From the IMG/VR virus record IMGVR_UViG_3300022200_000019, positions 1 to 64,000 of that record: a stretch of DNA of 64,000 bases, one strand, 5' to 3'. Below are positions 1 through 9,600 of the stretch, piece by piece (position 1 is the first letter of the stretch; the number at the start of each line of letters is the position of its first letter). A program made the translations under genes and the position numbers. The notes under the pieces were generated by a model that searched no databases, was not told the origin of the DNA, and worked only from the letters and a program-made list of their open reading frames with translations.

Positions 1-64
1 ACATCATCAGCATTAAAAAGTTGGCGGGGCTTTAATCTAAGTTGCAATTTGGAGATTATATAAA

Positions 65-1255
65 ATGTCACAAGAACTATTAGAAAGCCGTTGGAGCGAG
101 ACCAAAGAAGCCCTACTAGAAGGCCTAGCTGGTTCTCGCCGCAACACCATGGCAGCAGTATTAGAAAATACTCGCGGCCATTTAACAGAAAGTGCAACCG
201 CAGGTGCAACCGCATCTGGTAACGTTGCTACACTTAACCGTGTAATTTTACCAGTTATCCGCCGTGTAATGCCAACCGTTATTGCTAACGAAATTGTTGG
301 TGTTCAGCCAATGACTGGTCCAGTAGGTCAGATCCACACTCTACGTGTGCGTTACGCTACTACAATGAACGACACTTCAGGTACTAACACTGATACCACA
401 GCAGGCGAAGAAGCTCTAAGCCCATTCAAGATTGCTACTGCATATTCTGCTGGTACTGGTGCTACCCAAGCTGATTACCGTGGTGGTCCAACAGCTACTC
501 TAGAAGGTACTGGCGGCCGTTCAATCAGCGTACAAATTCTAAAGCAAACAGTCGAAGCTCGTACACGTAAGTTACAAGCTCGCTGGACTTTCGAAGCTGC
601 ACAAGATGCACAAGCAATGCATGGTCTAGATGTTGAAGCAGAAATCATGGCTGCACTAGCTCAAGAAATCACTGCTGAAATCGACCAGGAAATCCTATAC
701 AGCCTACGTTCATTAGCTGCACAGGACTTCACATACAACCAAGCCACTGTTAGTGGTACTGCAACTTTCGTTGGTGATGAGCACGCAGCTCTAGCAGTTC
801 TAATGAACCGTGCTGCTAACCAAATCGCTCAACGTACACGTCGCGGTGCTGGTAACTGGGCAGTTGTAAGCCCAGCAGCACTAACTGTTCTACAGAGTGC
901 TACTACTTCAGCATTTGCTCGTACTACTGAAGGTGCTTTTGAAGCTCCGACTAACACTAAGTTTGTTGGTACACTAAACAGCGCAATGAAGGTATACGTT
1001 GACAGCTATGCTAGCGACACCCAAGCTGTACTAGTTGGCTATAAAGGTTCTTCAGAAGCAGACGCAGCAGCGTTCTACTGCCCATACATTCCATTGATGA
1101 GCAGCGGCGTTGTACTAGATCCACAAAACTTCGAACCAGTTGTGAGCTTCATGACTCGTTACGGATATGTTGAACTAAGCAACACTGCTTCTTCGCTAGG
1201 TAACGCAGGCGACTACGTCAGCGAAATCGGCGTAAGCAACCTATCGTTCAGCTAA
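65..1255 (+). CDS. gp23: Major capsid protein (T4 gp23 family)
   Basis: VILPVIRRVMPTVIANEIVGVQPMTGPVGQIHTLRVRY, TRKLQARWTFEAAQD and FYCPYIPL...FMTRYG motifs; AGGA-like RBS upstream; LTE|S probable prohead-protease site near residue 43. Confidence 0.97.
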   Translation: MSQELLESRWSETKEALLEGLAGSRRNTMAAVLENTRGHLTESATAGATASGNVATLNRVILPVIRRVMPTVIANEIVGVQPMTGPVGQIHTLRVRYATTMNDTSGTNTDTTAGEEALSPFKIATAYSAGTGATQADYRGGPTATLEGTGGRSISVQILKQTVEARTRKLQARWTFEAAQDAQAMHGLDVEAEIMAALAQEITAEIDQEILYSLRSLAAQDFTYNQATVSGTATFVGDEHAALAVLMNRAANQIAQRTRRGAGNWAVVSPAALTVLQSATTSAFARTTEGAFEAPTNTKFVGTLNSAMKVYVDSYASDTQAVLVGYKGSSEADAAAFYCPYIPLMSSGVVLDPQNFEPVVSFMTRYGYVELSNTASSLGNAGDYVSEIGVSNLSFS

Positions 1256-1274
1256 TAGTTTTACTATTACTAAC

Positions 1275-1300
1275 AAAAAAGCCCCGCAAGGGGCTTTTTT
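1275..1300. terminator. Bidirectional intrinsic terminator after gp23
   Basis: AAAAAAGCCCC-GCAA-GGGGCTTTTTT, GNRA loop, A/T tracts on both sides. Confidence 0.92.
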
Positions 1301-1313
1301 ATTGAGTGTACAT

Positions 1314-1321
1314 CATAAATA
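1314..1321 (+). promoter_or_regulatory. T4-like late promoter box (CATAAATA)
   Basis: Variant of TATAAATA upstream of a structural gene; the TAAATA core recurs before many late genes in this window. Confidence 0.7.
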
Positions 1322-1393
1322 ATATTGTTCATAGTAACTTATGCAGTTTTGCCACTGCGTATGGCCTAGAACGTCACATTAAGGAGAAAACAA

Positions 1394-2029
1394 ATGGCAA
1401 GAGCATTAAAAACACAAAAAACCAACACAGTTGATTCTGGTTTTCCATGGGTTGATCTGTACAATATTGGCGTAGTTGGTGGTAACACTGCATTAACTGG
1501 TGCACAAATCAAAACTCGCGTTAAAATTGGTTCTGCTTCTGAAGCAGACGGTTACATTATTCGTCAGAAAGGTGCCAAGAAGTTTTTGGTAACTGACGCC
1601 GCTAGCGTAAGTGCTGGTAGCTTTGTTGTCGGCCAATCATATATCGTTTTGACAGCAGGCAATACTGATTTCCAGGCAATTGGCGCTGATGCATCCTATG
1701 CAGCAGGTACAATTTTTACTGCAACTGGCGCTGGTACTGGTACTGGCACAGCAGCTCGCGTGGGCACATGTGTGCTGAGCGATCTGGCAGATGGTAGCTT
1801 GACCGCAGATACCATGACTGTGTCTGTTATTGAAACAGATTCAGGTGTAATTCGTCTGGCACGTATCAGCAACAAATGGGGCGTCGGCTTCGATGGTGTA
1901 CAACGTGCATTATCATTCACTGACTTTGCTGATTCATCCGTGGGCACACAAGCTGAAACTATTAAATCAGGTACCAAAGATCTGTACGTGGAAATCGTTC
2001 AGGTTGATAACGATTATACCTGGGGTTAA
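1394..2029 (+). CDS. Hypothetical virion (possibly head-associated) protein
   Basis: Strong RBS (AAGGAGAA), late box, lies directly after gp23; contains a Gly/Thr-rich SAGSFVVGQSY...TATGAGTGTGTA segment. Confidence 0.6.
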   Translation: MARALKTQKTNTVDSGFPWVDLYNIGVVGGNTALTGAQIKTRVKIGSASEADGYIIRQKGAKKFLVTDAASVSAGSFVVGQSYIVLTAGNTDFQAIGADASYAAGTIFTATGAGTGTGTAARVGTCVLSDLADGSLTADTMTVSVIETDSGVIRLARISNKWGVGFDGVQRALSFTDFADSSVGTQAETIKSGTKDLYVEIVQVDNDYTWG

Positions 2030-2102
2030 TATTTAATTAACGTTAAGATAATTTTACTTGACTAATATCCCTCTAAGATACATACACTTAGAGGGATTTT
2101 TT

Positions 2103-2678
2103 ATGACTGCATTTGTGCTTGGCAACGGCGTTAGCCGAAAAGGGATTAATTTATACAAACTGGAAAATCACGGTGATATCTACGGATGCAATGCTCTGTA
2201 TCGTGAGTTTACACCAACTGTGTTAGTAGCAACTGATCCAGGAATTAGTCGTGCAATTCAGGAATCTGGATACGCACAAAATAACAGATTTTATACACGT
2301 CGACCATTTTCAGACAGTGGCGCACACGCATTGGATGCCAAATACAAAGGCATGAGCAGTGGCCCCAACGCTGTTAATCTGGCTGTGAAAGACAGCCACA
2401 AACAGATATTTTTGTTGGGATTTGATTTTGGCAGTGTTAATGGCTTGTTTAACAATGTTTACGCAGACACCGAATTCTATAAAAAATCCACAGATAAGCC
2501 CACATTTGGTGGAAATTGGATGAATCAGATCAAACAAATCATGCACGAAAATCCAGACGTAATTTTTACCAGAGTGGTCAATGGTTACAGTCAACAATTT
2601 AACATTGATTGGAAGAGTTGCCGAAATTACACCGAGATACCAGTGGACCAGTTTCAGGATGAGTATAAATACACATAA
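2103..2678 (+). CDS. MptE/Maf (DUF115)-like protein, possible glycosyltransferase
   Basis: Start refined to ATG 2103 (GAGGG RBS). Motifs AFVLGNGVSR, IYGCNALY, VATD, SSGPNAVNLA and IFLLGFD match the GNGxS...GCN...LLGFD pattern of the DUF115/Maf/sialyltransferase-like fold. Confidence 0.6.
   Translation: MTAFVLGNGVSRKGINLYKLENHGDIYGCNALYREFTPTVLVATDPGISRAIQESGYAQNNRFYTRRPFSDSGAHALDAKYKGMSSGPNAVNLAVKDSHKQIFLLGFDFGSVNGLFNNVYADTEFYKKSTDKPTFGGNWMNQIKQIMHENPDVIFTRVVNGYSQQFNIDWKSCRNYTEIPVDQFQDEYKYT
2664..2671 (+). promoter_or_regulatory. T4-like late promoter, perfect TATAAATA
   Basis: Exact T4 consensus, followed by an AAAGGA RBS and the 2691 ATG that begins the structural run. Confidence 0.8.
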
Positions 2679-2690
2679 AGGAACTAATCT

Positions 2691-3386
2691 ATGTCGCTCA
2701 CAGTTAAACGTATCACTGGTGATTATGAAATTCAGACAGTTAATCTGGCTGGTAGTACTGAAAACCAGATTATATTTACAACAGACCAAGTGTTAATTCG
2801 CGGTGATTTACAAGTTACTGGAGATTATAACACAACGACAGTTACTGAAAGTAACCTTTCACTAAAAGACAGATTTATTTTACTTAATGAAGGTGAAACA
2901 GGATCAGGTGTAAGTGCTGGAACATATTCAGGCATTGAAGTTGACCGTGGCAGTTTGGATAAATCTGTTTTTTATTTTAATGAAACCACAGACAAATGGG
3001 TTATTGGCACGGTTAACACATCAACTGGTACTGTAACTGAAATTGGCGATGTATTGACTACTGGTGCTGGTGGCGGGTTAACAGATGTAGTTGATGATAT
3101 TACTCCACAACTGGGTGGTGATTTAGATGTTAACAGTCAATCAATTGTTTCGGTATCTAACGGCGACATTGTGCTTGCTCCAGATGGTACCGGTACTGTC
3201 AAGATTGAAAGCACAGAACTAGCATTTGATAAACTAGCAAGCGATCCAACCGCACAAGCAGATTATAACTTGCTGTACCACAAAACAGAAGGTTCTGGCG
3301 GAACTGGTTTATATTTTAAAACGAGTTCAACTGCCGACGAACTTGTATCAAAAGCAAAAGCAATCGTTTACGGTATTATTTTTTAA
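2691..3386 (+). CDS. Virion structural protein (tail/baseplate-associated)
   Basis: Carries the TTTV..S.L...D..I.LN...G....GIE..RG......F.ETTDKW module shared with the fibres, plus PQLGGDLDVN. Confidence 0.65.
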   Translation: MSLTVKRITGDYEIQTVNLAGSTENQIIFTTDQVLIRGDLQVTGDYNTTTVTESNLSLKDRFILLNEGETGSGVSAGTYSGIEVDRGSLDKSVFYFNETTDKWVIGTVNTSTGTVTEIGDVLTTGAGGGLTDVVDDITPQLGGDLDVNSQSIVSVSNGDIVLAPDGTGTVKIESTELAFDKLASDPTAQADYNLLYHKTEGSGGTGLYFKTSSTADELVSKAKAIVYGIIF

Positions 3387-3396
3387 GGATTAAACA

Positions 3397-3714
3397 ATGG
3401 CAATAACAACAGCAACAGTAGCACAAACTACCCCAGCCGCAGTTTACACAAGCAGCGGTAATACTGCTGTAACATGGGCAACATTTACAAATTATATTGG
3501 TTCAGCGGCAACCTTAACACTACATATTGTTCCAAATGGTGGCAGCGCAACAGATCAAAACATGATTTTAGACGCAGAATCTATTGTAGCAGGTGATACA
3601 TTAAATTTGTATACAGCCGGCGAAAAGATTTTACTTGAAAGCGGCGATGCAATTTATGCTGCTTCAGATACCGCTACCGCAGTTAACGCAGTTTTTAGCT
3701 ATACGAGTATCTAA
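3397..3714 (+). CDS. Small beta-rich structural protein
   Basis: RBS AAGGA; operon context; Thr/Ala-rich. Confidence 0.55.
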   Translation: MAITTATVAQTTPAAVYTSSGNTAVTWATFTNYIGSAATLTLHIVPNGGSATDQNMILDAESIVAGDTLNLYTAGEKILLESGDAIYAASDTATAVNAVFSYTSI

Positions 3715-3719
3715 TTAAC

Positions 3720-4136
3720 GTGCCAATTGGACAGTTTCTCAAAAATAGACGAACTGGTAACTCTAGACAGGTTGTAATTCCGTCTGGGCCTGGTTCTGAC
3801 AGACCAGATGAACCTATTTTTGGTAGTTTTAGATTTAATACAACAGCAGGTACACTAGAAGTATTTGACGGGAGTGCCTTTAAGTTGCTTGCTGTTGAAG
3901 GATTAACAAATGTTGTAGTTGACGACTTTACAGGTGATGGATCAACAGTAGTGTTTGGATCAATGACAAATACTGTAACCAGCGCAACAGATGTTCTAGT
4001 ATTTGTTGGCGGCGTGTATCAAATACCAACTACAAATTACACAGTTGACGGTAGTTACGATATTACGTTTACTACTGCTATTCCAAATAGTGTGCCAATT
4101 AACATTATTCATAACTTGAACTCAACGACGGTATAA
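3720..4136 (+). CDS. Baseplate/tail accessory structural protein
   Basis: G.FRFNTT.G.LEVFDG and FTGDGST..F...VLVFVGGVYQ.P...YTV.G...ITF modules, also present in the 6690 and 13481 proteins. Confidence 0.6.
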   Translation: MPIGQFLKNRRTGNSRQVVIPSGPGSDRPDEPIFGSFRFNTTAGTLEVFDGSAFKLLAVEGLTNVVVDDFTGDGSTVVFGSMTNTVTSATDVLVFVGGVYQIPTTNYTVDGSYDITFTTAIPNSVPINIIHNLNSTTV

Positions 4137-4137
4137 T

Positions 4138-6690
4138 ATGGCTATTAATAGAATTACCGCAGCAATGCTAGGCACTACAAACTTAGAACAAAGTGACTAC
4201 ATTCTAGCGACTGACGGCAGCGGTAATTTATACTGGACTGATGTAGGTTCTGTGTCAACAGGACACGACATTACGCTAGGAGATCCATCAGATACGTCTC
4301 TATTCCCTCCAGGAGCAATTAATAATTGGCAAAATTCAACAGTTGTTACGGATGCAATCGACGACTTAAATGAATTAGCAGCAAACATAATAAACAATAC
4401 TGCTGTTGCTAATGTTGATTTTACTGCAAGTCCGACAGCAGGCGGTGCAGGAACAGCAGTTACATTAACTATTACGGCTAATGGCAATCCAGACAGATAT
4501 ACAATTAACTGGGGTGATGGAACTACAACAACCGGAACTGCTAACAGCACACCAACACATACATATTCGTCAAATGCCGGATCACCGTATGCTGTAACTG
4601 TTACAGCATATAATTCAAATGGAACTGGTACAGGAAGTTCTGTAAGTAAAGAACGTGATGATTATGTTATTATTTACACGGCAGATCCTGTAGTGAGTTA
4701 TGATTTTTATAGAACTCCTACGGGTGGCACAGCACTAAGTGGAAACAATTTATATGTTATCGAAGGCGAAAGTCTATACCTTGATAACAACACAACTAAT
4801 ATTGGTGCTGCTACCGTTGATTATTCAATGGCATGGGGTGACAGCAGCGCAGATTCTAGTATTGTTTCTGATTCTGCTGCTGGTGGCACAGCAGGCGCAC
4901 GCTTACAACATACATGGGGAGCAGGAACTAGTTCAGGTAACGGAAAAGACACTACACAATTAACATTAAACAGCCACAACACCGCAGATCCTGCTGTAAT
5001 ACCTACTAGTAACACAGTACGTTTAAAAGTATACGCAAGCAATCCAACTGCTCCGTATGGTTTAACGGAAACTTCAATTGGATATTCAGGATCTGTTGGG
5101 ATTAATCCAAGATTGGCAGTAGGATTCACTGATAATACATCTGTTGCAATATATTCAGCAGGCGATGATGTTAATCGTACAGTAGCGACTACTGGTGATA
5201 TTGAATCTACTGTGACAACATCGTATACATACAATCCAGAATCTGGAACATTGAGTGCTAAAGTTAATGGAAATACAGATGGCTCAGTTATATTATCAGC
5301 ATCATTAACACCAGTTACCAACACGAGTCTTGTTATCACAGAAGTTGCTGATTATAACCTGTTAGATAGTTACGGAAATAGTGTATCGTTTGATAATAGC
5401 ATTTACTATCCAGGTGCATTTTCTGGATTCAAAGCAAAAGTATCAAAAACCGCTAGTAGCATTTCAGTTGGTGTGAACAGTTTTCAAATAACACACTCAG
5501 CAGGCGAGTCAACAGATCCTGTTGGGTTTGTTAAAGATGACTTAACAGCAATACCTACTGTAGATATTAGCAATGCTACATTAACAGAAAATGTCAGTGG
5601 GACTTATCGATATATTTCAGGAATCCCGTATTATAATAGTGGAAGTCCTAGTTTAACATTATCGGGTATTTTAATTTCAAACTTAGTTGGACAATGCTAC
5701 ACTAACCAAGCAAGTATTGTTGAAGTTAATGATGGAACTAATCAAGAAGGTACATCGGCAAACGCTGTTGTTGAGTCTTTTTACAGTTATGCAAATATTG
5801 ACGGTGCAACGACTATGCTATCAGGAGGTATTCCAAAGGTTAACATTGGAACTTCAACACCATATGCTATCGGTAACTTAACAATACCCATTACGTCAAG
5901 TACAGTTAGAACAGTAAGTCGTGTTAAAGTGTTAGCAAAAAATGTTAACGGAACAACTGATTACACTGACGATTTAGCGGTTAATGTACAAGTTCATAAA
6001 TCATCACAATCAGGCGTTAACGAGATCTCTATCCCTGTATCAGTTGACTTAGGTAACGGAGTATATGTAGATAACGGTGTACGAATTTTTGATTTCAACG
6101 CTGCTAGTACCAACACACCAGCGGTTAGTAACGCTATAAATTATTATACGAATAATGTGTATACTGAACTAAGTGATCCGGGCGTTGCTGGAACTAAAGA
6201 AGCAACTGTTAGACTTGGAGTACTAAAGCATGACACTACGGACTATAGCACAAATTATTTACCAGTAGGTCCGGATAGAAGTGCAGATACAGGAACACAA
6301 TATTTTACATTTGCTTTCCGTAGACAAGCAGTAGCGAACTTTTCGGTAAGAATCGTATCGTCCACTGGCATTTCGGGATGCTGGATTGCTGCACCTAATA
6401 CTGCAATCGATAATACATCGACGCTAAACGGATGGTTAGATTGTAGCACACAATATGCTGGTTCAGGAATTCCTGGTGCTGACACAAATAGTGGCGGTAA
6501 TGGTAGCAATGGCTGTGCTTTAACTGGAGCAGATAGAATTATTGCTGGCAGTAGTTTAAATACCTACTACACAATGACATTAGGAACAGAAAACATGAGC
6601 AACTCTACAGGTAACGTAGTTCTTGTTCGTATTGCGTTGAGTAGCGGAGAAAGCATTACCGCTTTAGAAGTAGCAGAGGGTAACAATTAA
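4138..6690 (+). CDS. PKD/Ig-like domain-containing virion protein
   Basis: Two PKD signatures (YTINWGDG...PTHTY and YSMAWGDS...LQHTW); Ser/Thr-rich. Confidence 0.7.
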   Translation: MAINRITAAMLGTTNLEQSDYILATDGSGNLYWTDVGSVSTGHDITLGDPSDTSLFPPGAINNWQNSTVVTDAIDDLNELAANIINNTAVANVDFTASPTAGGAGTAVTLTITANGNPDRYTINWGDGTTTTGTANSTPTHTYSSNAGSPYAVTVTAYNSNGTGTGSSVSKERDDYVIIYTADPVVSYDFYRTPTGGTALSGNNLYVIEGESLYLDNNTTNIGAATVDYSMAWGDSSADSSIVSDSAAGGTAGARLQHTWGAGTSSGNGKDTTQLTLNSHNTADPAVIPTSNTVRLKVYASNPTAPYGLTETSIGYSGSVGINPRLAVGFTDNTSVAIYSAGDDVNRTVATTGDIESTVTTSYTYNPESGTLSAKVNGNTDGSVILSASLTPVTNTSLVITEVADYNLLDSYGNSVSFDNSIYYPGAFSGFKAKVSKTASSISVGVNSFQITHSAGESTDPVGFVKDDLTAIPTVDISNATLTENVSGTYRYISGIPYYNSGSPSLTLSGILISNLVGQCYTNQASIVEVNDGTNQEGTSANAVVESFYSYANIDGATTMLSGGIPKVNIGTSTPYAIGNLTIPITSSTVRTVSRVKVLAKNVNGTTDYTDDLAVNVQVHKSSQSGVNEISIPVSVDLGNGVYVDNGVRIFDFNAASTNTPAVSNAINYYTNNVYTELSDPGVAGTKEATVRLGVLKHDTTDYSTNYLPVGPDRSADTGTQYFTFAFRRQAVANFSVRIVSSTGISGCWIAAPNTAIDNTSTLNGWLDCSTQYAGSGIPGADTNSGGNGSNGCALTGADRIIAGSSLNTYYTMTLGTENMSNSTGNVVLVRIALSSGESITALEVAEGNN

Positions 6691-9600
6691 TGGCAATTTC
6701 AGACAACCAAAAAGTTGACTATTTGTGGAAAAAGTTAGGTTACTCTGCTACAAAGACAGATACTAATGCTAACAAACTTGGTCCAAACGAAGCTATTCCA
6801 TCACCGTTGTTATTACGCGGTGACAATGTATGGGCAAATTCTGCTGACATTCCAACAGTTATGCCAGCAAGCTCAGCCGGTGTTGTTACTGTATATCCAA
6901 CAAGTGCACCACAAGAATGCACAATGGATAACACAGCAACAACAAACAGAACATGGAAAACTGGTTTAATAGATTGGATCCCGCCGGAGTTTGGATCTAC
7001 ATATCAAGTAAAAGTTTATATTTACACTAGTGGAGATGCAGCAAACGCAGCCGCTAGTGGTACACAAGTGTTTGCAACGGGTTCAGGAAATAATGATGAG
7101 TGGTTCTTTGACTATCAGTCGGGTGTTTTACATTTTATTGGCAGTAGCCTTCCTAACGGTGTTAGTTTTACAGGCAAATCAGTATACGTGTCTGGATCTC
7201 GTTACACTGGCGACAAAGGTGTAAGTTTAACTGGCGATTTTGTTTTTACGAATAATGAAATATCATTAGACCCAGACAATATTATTGTACTAGATACAAC
7301 AACTGGCTTAGTTATACCTACTGGTTCTAGTTTGCAACGTCCTGCTTCTGCTCCAGTAGGTACAATAAGATTTAATACCAATAACGGAAGTCATGAATAT
7401 TGGGACGGAACAGATTGGGTTATACTAAATGATCCGTTAGCAGGATTTGCGGTACAGGAAATTACAGGAGACGGGTCAACTACTAGCTTTACTCTTGACG
7501 CTGAAGTAAATAATGCATCAACTCTTGTAGTAACAATTGGCGGTGTGGTTCAAACCCCAGGACAAGGTTACACTTTAAGCGGTACAACAACTATTGTGTT
7601 TGCAGAAGCTCCGATTGCAACGGACGAAGTTGCTATCCGATTCTTTGGTAGTACTAGAAATGTTTATGTATCAGCATTGTTAAGTCCAAACTGGACTACG
7701 GAAGTTGCTGCAAACGACGCTAACGTTGCAATTAATATTAATAGCAGCAGTATTCTAACTGTTTCAGAAACTGAGACTACACTTGTTGGTGATTTCCTTC
7801 CGGCAGTAAACGAAGTATATGATCTTGGTAGTAGCACGTATAAGTGGAAAGATTTACACCTATCGGGAAATTCGATCTACCTAGGCGATCTAATATTAAA
7901 AGATAATGGCGACGGCACCTTTGGAATTTATAACAATAGCGATGGTTCCGAAGCGTCGATTACTATTACATCTGAAGATGCAGAAAAATGGACTACAGCT
8001 AGAACAATTACTGTCGATGGCGCAGTTACTGGTAGTGTTACACTCGACGGCAGCAGCAATGTTACATTAACAACAACATTAAATTTATCTGGAGCACCTA
8101 CTGCCCCAACAGCAACCGCAGGAACAAATACAACACAAATTGCAACAACGGCGTTTGTAACAACTGCGGTAGACACAGCAATTACAAATCTATTAGATGA
8201 TGCACCAGGTGTGTTAGACACATTAAATGAGTTAGCAGCAGCAATTGGTGACGATGCTAACTTTATAGGAACAATTAACGACAATATTGACTCTAAACTA
8301 AGTTTATCCGGCGGCACAATGACCGGCAACATTGATATGGGGTCTCATAGTTTAACTGGATTACCAGCACCGTTGTCATCAACAGACGCTGCAACTAAAT
8401 CATATGTGGATGCTGCACTATCCAGTACATTGTCAAGCGGTGAGATTGTTCTAGGTACAAATACCACTGGTAACTTCGTTTCAGTTATTACAGCCGGCGA
8501 AGGCATTGACGTTAGCGGAACATCGGGCGTATCGGCAGAAGTTGTTATTTCTGCCGAAGATGCAACAGCAACAAACAAAGGTATTGCAAGTTTTAACGTA
8601 AGCGATTTTACTGTTACTGACGGTAATGTAACTCTAGTTGAAGATAGATTATATGACTTAGTTGGTGAAGTATTCACCGGAAACTCAGTTGAAGGCATTA
8701 TTACTACATTCAATGATGCAACTGAAAAAGTTGACATATCGGTAACTGACTTTGATATTACACTAACAGGCGACATAACTGGTTCTACTTCTGTAACAAA
8801 TTTTGGGTCAAACATTGTAATCAACACAACATCAAACGCAATCGTTGGTATTACAGTACAAGATGATTATGTTGATTTAGGTGATTCTGGAACAGTTAAT
8901 ACGCTAAGTTTTAACGGTGACAACATTACACTTGTTCGTTCAGGTAATACTGTTACTGTTGAAGTAGATGCTGGTTTAACTGAATCAGATGTTCGAGACA
9001 CAATAGGTAATACTGTTAAAGGAACTATTCGAGATCCGGACACTGAAGTTGAAACTGAGTCAGGTATTACTGTAAATTATGATTACGAAAACAATACTGT
9101 TGAATTAGGTGTTAGAGAATTTGACATTACGCTAGTTGGTGACATCACAGGTTCAGGTACTGTATCAAGACTGCAAGACGTAACAATTACTACAGTTGCT
9201 GACTTTATTGCTGGTATTACGGTACAAGATGATAACGTTGATCTTGGGTCTGCTGGAACTGTTAACACTTTAAGTTTTGACGGTAGTAATATTGTTGCTA
9301 CACGCAATGGCGACAAAGTTAATATTAGTATTCCAACTGGGTTAACTGAAGATGACGTTCGCGACACAATCGGTGCAACTGTTAAAGGAACAGTTAGAGA
9401 CCCAGAAACAGCACTTGAAACTGAAACTGGTATTACTGTAAACTATAACTCGGAAAATAATACAGTTGAATTAGGCGTTAGAGAATTTGATATTAACTTA
9501 TCAGGAGCGGTAACCGGTAGTGCAACAGTATCAAGATTACAAGATGTAACTATTATTACAGATACTGATGCAATTGAAGGCTTAACTGTTACTAAGAACA

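Noticed and set aside
2058-2102. ORF-track upstream starts (2058, 31666, 32548, 32622, 57466)
   Set aside because: Downstream starts (2103, 31678, 32533, 32637, 57484) fit RBS or promoter position and the family N-terminal motifs better
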